From Acidobacteriota bacterium (GTDB lineage Bacteria; Acidobacteriota; UBA6911; RPQK01; JAJDTT01), in contig OZ253580.1 in NCBI GenBank assembly GCA_965263035.1, forward strand, positions 1,632,001-1,696,000: a stretch of DNA of 64,000 nt, in the 5' to 3' direction. A model generated the notes under the pieces. That model saw only the letters and a list, made by a program, of their open reading frames with translations, made no database searches and had not been told where the DNA came from. Positions 9,424-18,624 of this stretch are shown here, one piece after another (within the stretch, counting starts at the first letter, position 1; every line of letters begins with the position of its first letter). A program made the position numbers and the translations under genes.

Positions 9424-10185
9424 GGGTTCTCCCTTCCCGGATGACAGGGTGACGGAATTGGCCGGGTGGTCAACGGCCGCGAGCAGAGGTGCCGATACGC
9501 CCCGGTCCGAATTGAGTTCAGACAGGTAAGTGGAAGGCAGCGAAGCAGGAGAGCATGACCATTGCCGAAGAAGTTAGCACGAACGAGACGGAGATTGCTA
9601 CAGGTTGTGACCAACGCGTCCAACCCGGGCGGCAATTGACTGCGGATGCCGATCATCGCCGGCATCCGCGACACGCATGACGCCCGTTAGGCGGCGATTG
9701 GATGTTCGCTCTACATCAGAAAGCCCCAGACCAGTGCGCGGATCTTCTTCCCAGGGAGAGGAAACAAGAATTCACGCGGCAACTGACACGGATCGTTCGG
9801 GACCTTCCGGAATTGGACCTCCTTTGTCGTTGTGAAACCACTGGACGGAGAATGTGAAATGCAACTCAAGTGGACTATTCGTCTGGCGCAGGACGAGTTG
9901 GTTTAGAGGCAGTGGTCGCTCCGTTACGTGACGGAGTCGACTCAACGGTCTTGCTCTGGACATCGCATCAAAGCATCCAATGAATATTCTGTTAAAGTAT
10001 AGACTCCCAATGTGAACTTGTTGTGATTTATGAGTCTCACATAGTGACTATACCGTGATATTTCTTACAGGCGCCACCACTGGACCCGTACAAGCTCGAC
10101 GTGCCTCGTATCCGGATCCTCCGTCGAGCCCACGCATGGCGACGCCGAACCAGGTCTCACTCTTGAGGATGATGGGGGCGGACGG

Positions 10186-12543
10186 ATGAAGAGTCCCGAT
10201 GAGCTCAAAAAAGAGAACCAGGTGTTGCGGGAACGGATCTCCCAGCTGAGCGCCGCCAGCCTGCGCATCAGCGCGAGCCTCGACGTCGGCACTGTGTTGC
10301 GCGAGGTCGTGGAAAGCGCCCGCTCCCTGACCTGTTGTCGGTTTGGCGTAATTGTGACCATCGACGACTCGGGGCAGGTTCAGGACTTCGTTACTTCCGG
10401 CGTCACTCTGGACGAGAAGCAACGGATGTCGGACTGGGCCGACGGTCCCCGGCTCTTCGAGCATTTGCGGGACCTTCCGGAGTCACTGAGACTACGAGAC
10501 CTACCCAGCTACCTCCACTCACTCGACTTTTACCCAGACGAGATTCTGACGAAGACCTTCCAGGGAACGCCCCTGCGTTATCGGGGAGTGCATGTCGGCA
10601 ACTTCTTTCTAGGCGAGAAGGAAGGCGGACAGGAGTTCACGGGCGAGGACGAGGAGATTCTGGTGATGTTCGCTGCGCAGACAGCGACGGCCATCGCCAA
10701 TGCTCGCAAGCACCGGGACGAACAGCGGGCCCGGGCTGACCTGGAAGCCGTGATCGACACGTCGCCGGTGGGTGTTGTGGTCCTCGAGGCCAGGACCGGC
10801 AAAGTGGTGTCGTTGAATCGGGAGGCAAAGCGGATTGTCGGGAGCCTGCGCATGCCGGGCCAGCCCTTGGACCAGCTAACGGAGGTCATCACCTTGCGGC
10901 GCGCCGACGGCCAGGAGATCGCCTTCGCGGAGTTCCCCCTGGCGCAGGCGCTGGGCCTTGGCGAAACCGTACGCGCTGAGGAGGTCGTTCTCAAGGTCCC
11001 GGACGGACGAAGCGTCACGACCTTGGTCAACCTCACGCCGATTCGTTCCGAAGTCGGTGCAGTCGAATCCACGGTGGTCACCCTTCAGGACTTGGCGCAG
11101 CTGGAAGAGCTGGAGCGTTTAAGGGTCGAGTTCCTGAGCTTGGTGAGCCACGAACTTCGGACTCCGCTGACTTCCATCAAGGGCTCGACCGCCACGGTGC
11201 TGGGCACTTCGCAGGCCTTGGACCCGGCTGAGATGCTCCAGTTCTTCCGCATCATCGACGAGCAGGCCAATCACATGCGCGGCCTGATCAGCGACCTTCT
11301 GGACACGGGACGCATCGAGACCGGCATCCTGTCGGTCACCCTCGAGCCCACTGCGGTGGCCAGCTTGGTGGACCAAGCCCGGAATACGTTCCTGAGCGGG
11401 GGCGACAGGCACATCATCCAAATCGACCTGTCCCCGGAGCTGCCCCGGGTGATGGCCGACCGACGGCGCATTGTCCAGGTATTGAACAACCTCTTGGCCA
11501 ACGCGTCCCGGAATTCTCCCGAGTCGTCCCCAATCCGGATCTCCGCGGTTTGGGACGACGTTCACGTGGCGATCTCGGTATCGGACAGAGGCCGAGGGGT
11601 CCCGTCGGAACTGCTGCCGCACCTGTTCCGGAAGCACGCACGTGTCGCCAGCGGCGATCGTGGGATCGCAGGGTCCGGGCTCGGACTGGCCATCTGCAAG
11701 GGTCTGGTGGAGGCTCACGGGGGGCGCATCCGGGCCGAGAGTGGCGGGCCGGGGCTGGGTGCGCGGTTCACCTTCACGATTCCGGTGGCCGAAGACGCCG
11801 GGAACGGCGCAGCAGCCGGGGTCGCCCGCAGCACGACCCGCCCGACTCGGGTAGGGCGGGAGCGAACGCTCATCCTGGTGGTGGACGATGACCCGCACAC
11901 GCTCCACTACGTTCGGGACGCTCTGACGGCGGCCGGCTACGCCCCGCTCGTGACGGGAGACCCTCACGAGGTTTCCCAGATGATCAAGACGAAGAAGCCG
12001 CGACTGGTCCTACTGGACCTGATGTTGCCTGGGACCGATGGAATAGAACTGATGGAGCGCCTCCCCGAGCTGGCCGAGCTGCCAGTCATTTTCATCTCCG
12101 GCTACGGAAGGGACGAAACGATCGCGAGGGCATTGAAGGTCGGGGCTGCCGATTACATCGTCAAACCCTTTTCGCCGACGGAACTGGTGGCGAGAGTCCA
12201 GGCGGCCCTGCGCCGGAGCGACGAGCCGCGCGAACCCTTCCGGTTGCAGGACCTGGCCATCCACTACGAAGAACGCCGGGTGATCCTCGCCGGCCGTCCG
12301 GTGCAGCTGACGGTCACCGAATACGAGCTGCTCCGAGTGCTATCGGTCAACGCGGGACGGGTAGTGACCTACGAATCCCTGCTGCGCCAAGTCTGGGATG
12401 GGCGGGGGGGCGGCGACTTTCGTCCGGTGCGCGCCTTTGTGAAGAAGCTCCGTCACAAGCTGGGCGACAACGCGACCGGTCCAACGTACATCTTTACCGA
12501 GCGCCAAGTCGGTTACCGAATGGCCAAGCCAAGCGACTTGTGA
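10186..12543 (+). CDS. Hybrid GAF-PAS-histidine kinase-receiver-OmpR/PhoB wHTH fusion (KdpD/KdpE-like)
   Basis: H-box VSHELRTPL; N/G boxes NNLLANA, DRGRG, GSGLGLAI; receiver VVDDD...LDLMLP...KPF; C-terminal LTVTEYELL...LRHKL...GYRM. Confidence 0.93.
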   Translation: MKSPDELKKENQVLRERISQLSAASLRISASLDVGTVLREVVESARSLTCCRFGVIVTIDDSGQVQDFVTSGVTLDEKQRMSDWADGPRLFEHLRDLPESLRLRDLPSYLHSLDFYPDEILTKTFQGTPLRYRGVHVGNFFLGEKEGGQEFTGEDEEILVMFAAQTATAIANARKHRDEQRARADLEAVIDTSPVGVVVLEARTGKVVSLNREAKRIVGSLRMPGQPLDQLTEVITLRRADGQEIAFAEFPLAQALGLGETVRAEEVVLKVPDGRSVTTLVNLTPIRSEVGAVESTVVTLQDLAQLEELERLRVEFLSLVSHELRTPLTSIKGSTATVLGTSQALDPAEMLQFFRIIDEQANHMRGLISDLLDTGRIETGILSVTLEPTAVASLVDQARNTFLSGGDRHIIQIDLSPELPRVMADRRRIVQVLNNLLANASRNSPESSPIRISAVWDDVHVAISVSDRGRGVPSELLPHLFRKHARVASGDRGIAGSGLGLAICKGLVEAHGGRIRAESGGPGLGARFTFTIPVAEDAGNGAAAGVARSTTRPTRVGRERTLILVVDDDPHTLHYVRDALTAAGYAPLVTGDPHEVSQMIKTKKPRLVLLDLMLPGTDGIELMERLPELAELPVIFISGYGRDETIARALKVGAADYIVKPFSPTELVARVQAALRRSDEPREPFRLQDLAIHYEERRVILAGRPVQLTVTEYELLRVLSVNAGRVVTYESLLRQVWDGRGGGDFRPVRAFVKKLRHKLGDNATGPTYIFTERQVGYRMAKPSDL

Positions 12544-12626
12544 GGACCCGCTCTTCCGGGTCGAAAGAAACCGGCGTGCGAGCCCGCGAACGGTATTGGA
12601 TGCCGGAGGGACCTGTCCGCTCCCGG

Positions 12627-14051
12627 TCAAGACCGTCCGCCTATAGGCAAAAGCTCCACGCCTTCCCCCTCCTCGGGTCTCCTGATGCGGAAACGGACCG
12701 AAGTCACTTCCGATCCATGGGGACCGAATCGGTTCTTGAAGCCCTCCCGCTGGCCGACCATGAAGATGGAGCCGTCCTCCAGCACGCAGGCGCTGGGGTA
12801 GTAGGCCTTGGGATCGCACTTGAAGCCGCGTCCCGGCGCCGGTTTGACCCAGGTCTTTCCATTGTCGCGGCTGTAGATCACTTCTCCGTTGTTCGGCACC
12901 TTGGGATCGTCGCCGCTGAGTCTGTGGCGGCCTCCAAAGACGACGGCGGTGACCCCGTCGGGCGTCGCCACCACATCCCCCCGCCGGTACAATTTAAGGC
13001 CGAGAAACTCGCTTCCAAAGTTGGGATCTTCGATGATCGGGTCGGTCAGGAGCAGACGCGGCGGGGACCAGGTCCTTCCGTCGTCGTAAGACTGAAACCA
13101 GGCCGACGTCGGCCGGCAGGGGAAACCCAGGCTGCCGTCCGGCAGGTAGGCGGCCGTGCCTTCGTCCATATCGTAGTCATTGCTGCCGATCACCGACACG
13201 GTCGACCAGGTGCGGCCCATGTCCCCGGAGCGCATGAGGAGCATGAGCCAACGAGGGTATTCGCTGGACCATCCCTTTCCCCCAGGAATGGGTGAGGCGG
13301 AGGCGAAGAGCCGCAGCGAACCATCCTTGCCCTCGAACATGCTGTAGGGAGCGTCCATATCGGCGAGCCCGACGAAGCGTGTCACCTCCTTCCAGGTGTG
13401 GCCATTGTCGTCGCTTCGAAAGATGAGGGTCTTCGATTGCCGGTTGACCGCAATTCGGGCGTATTCGAGGGCAGTCAAGGGCATCTGGTTGAAGTAGCCC
13501 CAATGGGGTTTCAGGCGGGCTCCCGCAATCATCGTCCCGTCACTCAGCTGCACCACGTCACCGACGTAGTAGGCGCCAGGCACCACCGGAAACGAGCGGG
13601 GCCGGCTCCAGGTCTTCCCCTGGTCCCGGCTCCGGATCCACATCATCCTTCCGCCCTCGGGCGCATCCCAATCCACGAGCCATTCTCGATCCGGCCGTTT
13701 CAAGCGCTCCTGTGCCTCAGCAGGCATGTCCCAGGGGGTGGGCCAGGAAGCGTGCCAATAGCCGGCCGAGAAGGTCACGAACAGGTCGCCGTTCTGCAGC
13801 CGGCACACCGTCGGCCACCCGCAATAACCGCCAAACCCGGGGAAGGGATCCGGAGGGTTAACGTCGGGGGAGACGATGATCCGCCGGTACTTCTCGAAAT
13901 CGACCTTGGGCTCGCCGCCCGTAATCAAAGCCTCGACAGGTGGAATAGAAGCCGCGGCTGACTTCTTCTTGCCTGCTCTGACGAGACCGGTGGTTGCCAA
14001 TGCGGCTGCTGAAGTGGACAGATATTCGCGGCGGGTCAGTTGGACAGCCAT
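12627..14051 (-). CDS. Tat-exported BNR/Asp-box (sialidase-like) protein
   Basis: Twin-arginine TRREYL; five SxDxGxTW Asp-boxes (SRDQGKTW, SDDNGHTW, SGDMGRTW, SYDDGRTW, SRDNGKTW). Confidence 0.85.
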   Translation of the reverse strand: MAVQLTRREYLSTSAAALATTGLVRAGKKKSAAASIPPVEALITGGEPKVDFEKYRRIIVSPDVNPPDPFPGFGGYCGWPTVCRLQNGDLFVTFSAGYWHASWPTPWDMPAEAQERLKRPDREWLVDWDAPEGGRMMWIRSRDQGKTWSRPRSFPVVPGAYYVGDVVQLSDGTMIAGARLKPHWGYFNQMPLTALEYARIAVNRQSKTLIFRSDDNGHTWKEVTRFVGLADMDAPYSMFEGKDGSLRLFASASPIPGGKGWSSEYPRWLMLLMRSGDMGRTWSTVSVIGSNDYDMDEGTAAYLPDGSLGFPCRPTSAWFQSYDDGRTWSPPRLLLTDPIIEDPNFGSEFLGLKLYRRGDVVATPDGVTAVVFGGRHRLSGDDPKVPNNGEVIYSRDNGKTWVKPAPGRGFKCDPKAYYPSACVLEDGSIFMVGQREGFKNRFGPHGSEVTSVRFRIRRPEEGEGVELLPIGGRS

Positions 14052-14092
14052 CTCGTAGCTTCCTCGTTATACGAATTGAACTAATCGACCTA

Positions 14093-15311
14093 GTACCCCG
14101 TAACACTTAAAGTTGTGGATACAGGCTCTTCAGCTTGATCCGTGCATCCTCCGTCTTGAACTGCCAGTCGATCTCGGTTTGCCGTTGGTTCCGATCCGCA
14201 ACCCAAGCCCCGATCTCACGTTGCATCCCGGCCAGGCTTGGAATCCGGCGGTCCAGGCATTGTCCGCACAGCGCGCTCAATTCGATTTCTGCAATGTTGA
14301 GCCAACTGCCGTGCTTAGGCGTGTAGTGGATTTCCAGTCGTTGTGCCAGTTGGCGAGCGTGTCGAGGCTCGTAGGTCGCGTACAGCGATTCGATTCCGTG
14401 CGTGTTCAGGTTGTCCAAGACCAGGACCACCCGCTCGGCCTCCGGGTATCGCCTCTCCAACATGCCCTCGATCCACCGGGCCCAATCCTGTCGCGTGCGC
14501 CGCTCGGTCGCCTCCACATGGCAGCGGCCGGTCAGTGGCTCCACCTCCAGGAAGATCTGCGCGACCCCGTTGCGCACATACTCATGCTCGACTCGCTCCG
14601 GCTGGCCGGGCGCGACCGGCAAAGGCTCCCGCACTTCTCCGATCAACTGCTTGTTGGTCTCGTCCATGCAGACCACCGGACGACGGGGGTCGTACGGACG
14701 GGCATAGACTTCTAAAACGTCCTCCATGCAGGCTACGAATGCGGCGCTGCCCCGGGGCGGGATCCGCCAATACTTCTTCCGATGAGGCTGCAGTTGGTTT
14801 TTTTTAGCGTCCGCTGCACCGTCATCACCGACACCCGCTCGACCCAGCCCAGTTCCACTACTTTCTCCGCCAGCAGGCGCAGGGTCCAGCGCTTCCGTCC
14901 TGGCGGGGCCGGGGAGCAGGCCAAGGCGACCAGGCGAGCCTCGAACGCGCCGTCGAAGATCACTTTCCGCGGCGGCCGCACCCGCCGCTTGCGCTCCAAG
15001 GCGAACTCCAAACCCTGCTCCACAAACCGCCGTTTCAAGTGCTCGATCGTGCGGGCCGAGACGCCCAGCGCCTCGGCCACCCGGGCCACGGTCCATCCCG
15101 GCCCTTCCGGCCCGCGGTCGCACAACAACAGCGCCCGCGCGTACAGGAACCGCTTGCCGGTGGTCTTGGTCGCGGCCCGGGTCAAGGCCTTCAATTCTGA
15201 GCGCTCTTCCACAGTGAGCGTGACACGATAGCGTGGTGCCATGAGAACTCCTCCTTCCGAGTCCTCCAGCCTCCCACCATAGTATACGAACAATTACATG
15301 TTATTGGGTAC
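14093..15311 (-). mobile_element. IS630-family insertion sequence
   Basis: TIRs GTACCCCGTAACAC / GTACCCAATAACAT; TA duplication inside CTAG (14091-14092 and 15312-15313); contains the transposase below. Confidence 0.92.
14107..15242 (-). CDS. IS630 transposase, two ORFs joined by probable -1 programmed frameshift
   Basis: OrfA HTH (ATG 15242, RWTLRLLA) and OrfB DDE (VCMDE, VLDNLNTH, SWLNIAEIE); A8 run at 14798-14805 (CTA AAA AAA ACC on minus strand) at the junction. Confidence 0.88.
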
Positions 15312-15314
15312 TAG

Positions 15315-15473
15315 GAGCCTGCGCCGCAGAAATTGATCTACTGCGAAAGCGGTAGAAGCGGTCCATATTTCCTCGATTTCTCGGCGAATAGAACAACTAT
15401 GCACCTCAAAATCGAGAAAATCCGGCCTCGATTCCCCACTTTCTCGCTACGATCATTTCTACCGCGCAGACTC
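15315..15473 (+). mobile_element. MITE-A copy 2
   Basis: Same 159-bp unit; flanks CTAG (15311-15314) and CAAG (15474-15477). Confidence 0.9.
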
Positions 15474-15778
15474 CAAGCCCGAAGATATCTTCAGGCCTGC
15501 CTTGTTCTTTATCGCATACGGGGTTCCCCGTCTCTATCGGAACCGTGCGCCAAGGGCATGAAGACGGAACTGGACCGAGGGTCGGAGCCAGGAATTCACC
15601 GATGGGCGCCGGAATGTAAGGGTAGGAGCGGCGGCTTTCCAGGCACCGCTCCCCATCCGCCGAACTCCGGTGGAGCCAAGGGACGAGGAGGAACGGGGGA
15701 CAAGAATGTCCCCCTCCCAGCGGGGACGAGCCTGTCTTCACTCTTTCCTCTTTCCTTTATTTCTCAAGGAATCTCGGT
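15474..15778. repeat. Duplicated block, copy 1 (partner 17195-17477)
   Basis: 15474-15648 reads identical to 17195-17369; similarity continues through a REP-like GGGGGACAAGAATGTCCCC into the 3' end of the adjacent paralog. Confidence 0.9.
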
Positions 15779-16285
15779 AGCCCTGTAGACCACCATTTCC
15801 TCTCTCTTCGTGCCGATACCGGCAACTGCACCTAGTCCGGCTCCTATTGCGGTTCCGACCCCAGCTGTCATCAAGACCACCAACGCAACCCCAGCCAGAT
15901 TCAGGTCGCCAGCTCCGCTTTTGGCGATTCCGAACAAGGGCACACCGAGTCCAACTGCGGCTCCGATTTGGGCTCCCATTTTTGCCTTTTCTCCCACGCC
16001 ATCCATCTTCCGAGTGGTAATGGTCCGGACATCCGTTTTTGGAATGACCGCCCGAACGGAGCCGGTCTCGACGTCCAGCTCTGAAGCGAACAAGCCTTCC
16101 AAGTCTCCGATGACTTGATCTCCGTTCTTGAGCTCAACCGCAATCGGCGTTCCCAGATCCAGCTCGGATACCTTCTCCCAACGTCCTGGGATGACCTCCG
16201 CTCGCGCCGGCAGTGCGATCAGTACCACCAGGATCAAAGAGAAGACTTGCATCCGGCACGTTTTCATCATAGCGCTTGTCATCAT
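15764..16285 (-). CDS. Exported/membrane protein with Sm-like segment and glycine-zipper, paralog 1
   Basis: AAGGAGG RBS before ATG 16285; signal peptide; VELKNGDQVIG...VIPKTDVRTI; GxxxG-rich hydrophobic C-terminus. Confidence 0.78.
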   Translation of the reverse strand: MMTSAMMKTCRMQVFSLILVVLIALPARAEVIPGRWEKVSELDLGTPIAVELKNGDQVIGDLEGLFASELDVETGSVRAVIPKTDVRTITTRKMDGVGEKAKMGAQIGAAVGLGVPLFGIAKSGAGDLNLAGVALVVLMTAGVGTAIGAGLGAVAGIGTKREEMVVYRATEIP

Positions 16286-16580
16286 GGCACCCACCTCCTT
16301 GAAGTTTCTCCGCCACTCGCCGGCGGCGCCCAAGGTCACCGCCGAATCATGGATTTCCCGTCCCCTCAGGGCTCGGAGCGTCCCGGAGAAGGACAGCGAC
16401 TCGGTATCAGGAGATGTGATTTTTTCGTCGGAAGGGGCTCAGCCAAGCCGGAATGGGTTGGGCTGGACAGAACGCCGGGTTGCTTGGGAAAGAACGCCAC
16501 CAAATCCGTGAACTGCAGTGAACCGACTTGGGCCGGCCGGGGACAGGGCTACGTGATGGGCCGAAGACAGAGCATCCAGG

Positions 16581-16952
16581 TCAGTGAGGGAGTCTGGACC
16601 AAACCCACTGCCCGTGCTGCTTCCCGGTGTGGAGGCGTCCTGTATTTTCGACGGTTTCCTGGCCGCCGTCCTAGACCCATTTCAGGGTTCCGGCCCCCTG
16701 AGCCATGCCCTCGGCCCACTCGACCGTCCAACTCACAGTAGCGTCCGGCCGGAGGTTCGAAGTCCAGACATGGCATCCCGGTTGGTTAGACAACTCCCTC
16801 CAGCAGGCCGTGCCCTTCGGCGGGCCCGCGCACGTGGGTCTGCCCTGGAGCAAGGCCACCGACCCCGCTCGGGACTTCCGATCGGTGTCCGTCCCGGCCT
16901 GGGGAGGGCTCAACAGGACCCAGACAAGAACACTCGGAATCCCTAGGGGCAT
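16581..16952 (-). pseudogene. Remnant of an exported Cys-motif/MORN-like repeat protein with in-frame TAG
   Basis: MPLGIPSVLVWVLLS...CAGPPKGTACWRELSNQPGCHVW...GMAQGAGTLKWV*DGGQETVENTGRLHTGKQHGQWV; the frame stays protein-like past the TAG at 16671-16673. Confidence 0.6.
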
Positions 16953-17145
16953 GGGAGTTTTCTCCCGTGTGTCATTTGGGCGGAGATGGGGACGCGTGCC
17001 CGTCACCAGTGCCGAACCGCCTCGGACCCGGCCGGTCCGAGGCTGCAACGACTGACGGAACCGACGCCGCTGCAGCGACGGGCGATAGAGTTGATCCAGG
17101 CGTTCCCAGTGACGACCAAAGCAGCTTCGTGACTTATCCTTTTAT

Positions 17146-17158
17146 AATCAAGGAGTTA
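17146..17158 (+). promoter_or_regulatory. Possible IHF site
   Basis: AATCAAGGAGTTA matches WATCAANNNNTTR in an AT-rich patch. Confidence 0.3.
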
Positions 17159-17194
17159 TGTTGTCTTCGTGTCTGGAACTTCGGACTAATCGAC

Positions 17195-17477
17195 CAAGCC
17201 CGAAGATATCTTCAGGCCTGCCTTGTTCTTTATCGCATACGGGGTTCCCCGTCTCTATCGGAACCGTGCGCCAAGGGCATGAAGACGGAACTGGACCGAG
17301 GGTCGGAGCCAGGAATTCACCGATGGGCGCCGGAATGTAAGGGTAGGAGCGGCGGCTTTCCAGGCACCGAACTCCGGTGGAGCCAAGAGACGAGGAGCAA
17401 CGGGGGACAAGAATGTCCCCTCCCAGCGGGGGCGAGCCTGTCTTCACTCTTTCCTATATTTCTCAAGGAATCTCGGG
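17195..17477. repeat. Duplicated block, copy 2
   Basis: See 15474-15778. Confidence 0.9.
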
Positions 17478-18147
17478 AGCTTCGTAGATCACGATTGCCA
17501 TACTTTTCATGCCGGCATCGGCAACGGCACCTAGGAGCCTGCGCCGCAGAAATTGATCTACTGCGAAAGCGGTAGAATCGGTCCATATTTCCCCGATTTC
17601 TCGGCGAATAGAACAACTATGCACCTCAAAATCGAGAAAATCTGGCCTCGATTCCCCACTTTCTCGCTACGATCATTTCTACCGCACAGACTCCTAGCCC
17701 AGCACCAATTGCTGTTGCGATCCCAGAAAATACCAGCGTGTAAAACACCACACCGGCCCCAGTCAGATCGCCGGTTCCATTGGCGGCAAAGTCGGCCAAA
17801 GAGACGCCGGCACCAACTGCAGCGCCGACTGCGGCGCCAATGGCGGCTCCGTTACCCAGACCATCCTTCGGCTGAATTGAAATTGTCTGGATGGCCTCTT
17901 TCGGAATGACCACTCGAACGGAACCCGTCTCGATGTTCACCCCTGACGCGGACAGACCTACAAAATGCCCTTCGAGTGGATCCCCATTCTTCAGTTCCAA
18001 CGTGATGCGCGCTTCCAAGTCCAGATTTGCGACCTTCTCCCAGCGTCCCGGGATCACCCCGGCCCGCACCGGCTGCAAGATCAGACCCGCCAGGATCAAT
18101 GAGACGATTTGCAGCCGATACGACTGAATCAACTTTCCGTTCATCAT
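17463..18147 (-). pseudogene. Paralog 2 of the glycine-zipper protein, interrupted near its 3' end by MITE-A copy 3
   Basis: VIPGRWEKV...ELKNGD...VIPK shared with paralog 1; removing the MITE and one CTAG restores GLGAVADAGMKSMAIVIYEAPEIP*, matching GLGAVAGIGTKREEMVVYRATEIP*. Confidence 0.85.
17535..17693 (+). mobile_element. MITE-A copy 3
   Basis: Flanked by CTAG on both sides (17531-17534, 17694-17697); paralog 1 has a single CTAG at the equivalent site (15832-15835). Confidence 0.93.
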
Positions 18148-18441
18148 GGCATCACCTCCTCGGAGTTCCCCCACGACCCGTCGGTGACGCTCACGGTTAC
18201 CAACGAATCATGGATCGCTTGTCCTCCTCAGGGTTCGGGCAACCGCGAAGGAAAACAGTGACTCGATATCAAGATATGTGATTTTTTCGTCGGAATGAGC
18301 TCAGCGAAGCCGGCAAGGGTTGAGGATTACAGAACGCAGGGTTGCGTGGGAAGGAAAGTCACCACATCGGTGAATTGCAGTGAACCGATTTGGCCCGGCC
18401 AGGACAGGATAGCGTGGTGGCCCGACGACAGGCCATCCAGG

Positions 18442-18558
18442 TCAGTGAAGAGGGTCTGAACCAAACCCACTGCCCGGCCGGTCGGGCTGAATAGCTCTGA
18501 CGGACTGGGGAGCGCTCAACAATATCAAGACAAGAACGCTCGAAATTCCTATGGACAT
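18442..18558 (-). pseudogene. Internally deleted second copy of the MORN-like remnant
   Basis: MSIGISSVLVLILLSAPQ... aligns with MPLGIPSVLVWVLLSPPQ; shares the upstream ACACGGGAGAAAACTCCCATG and downstream GGCAGTGGGTTTGG sequences. Confidence 0.5.
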
Positions 18559-18624
18559 GGGAGTTTTCTCCCGTGTGTCAGTTGTGAAATCCAGGGTTGG
18601 TTGCCCTGGATGGGCGGCATCGCC

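Noticed and set aside
9642-9669. Perfect 10-bp stem GCGGATGCCG...CGGCATCCGC as terminator or riboswitch
   Set aside because: No U-tract and no recognisable aptamer context; a function cannot be supported.
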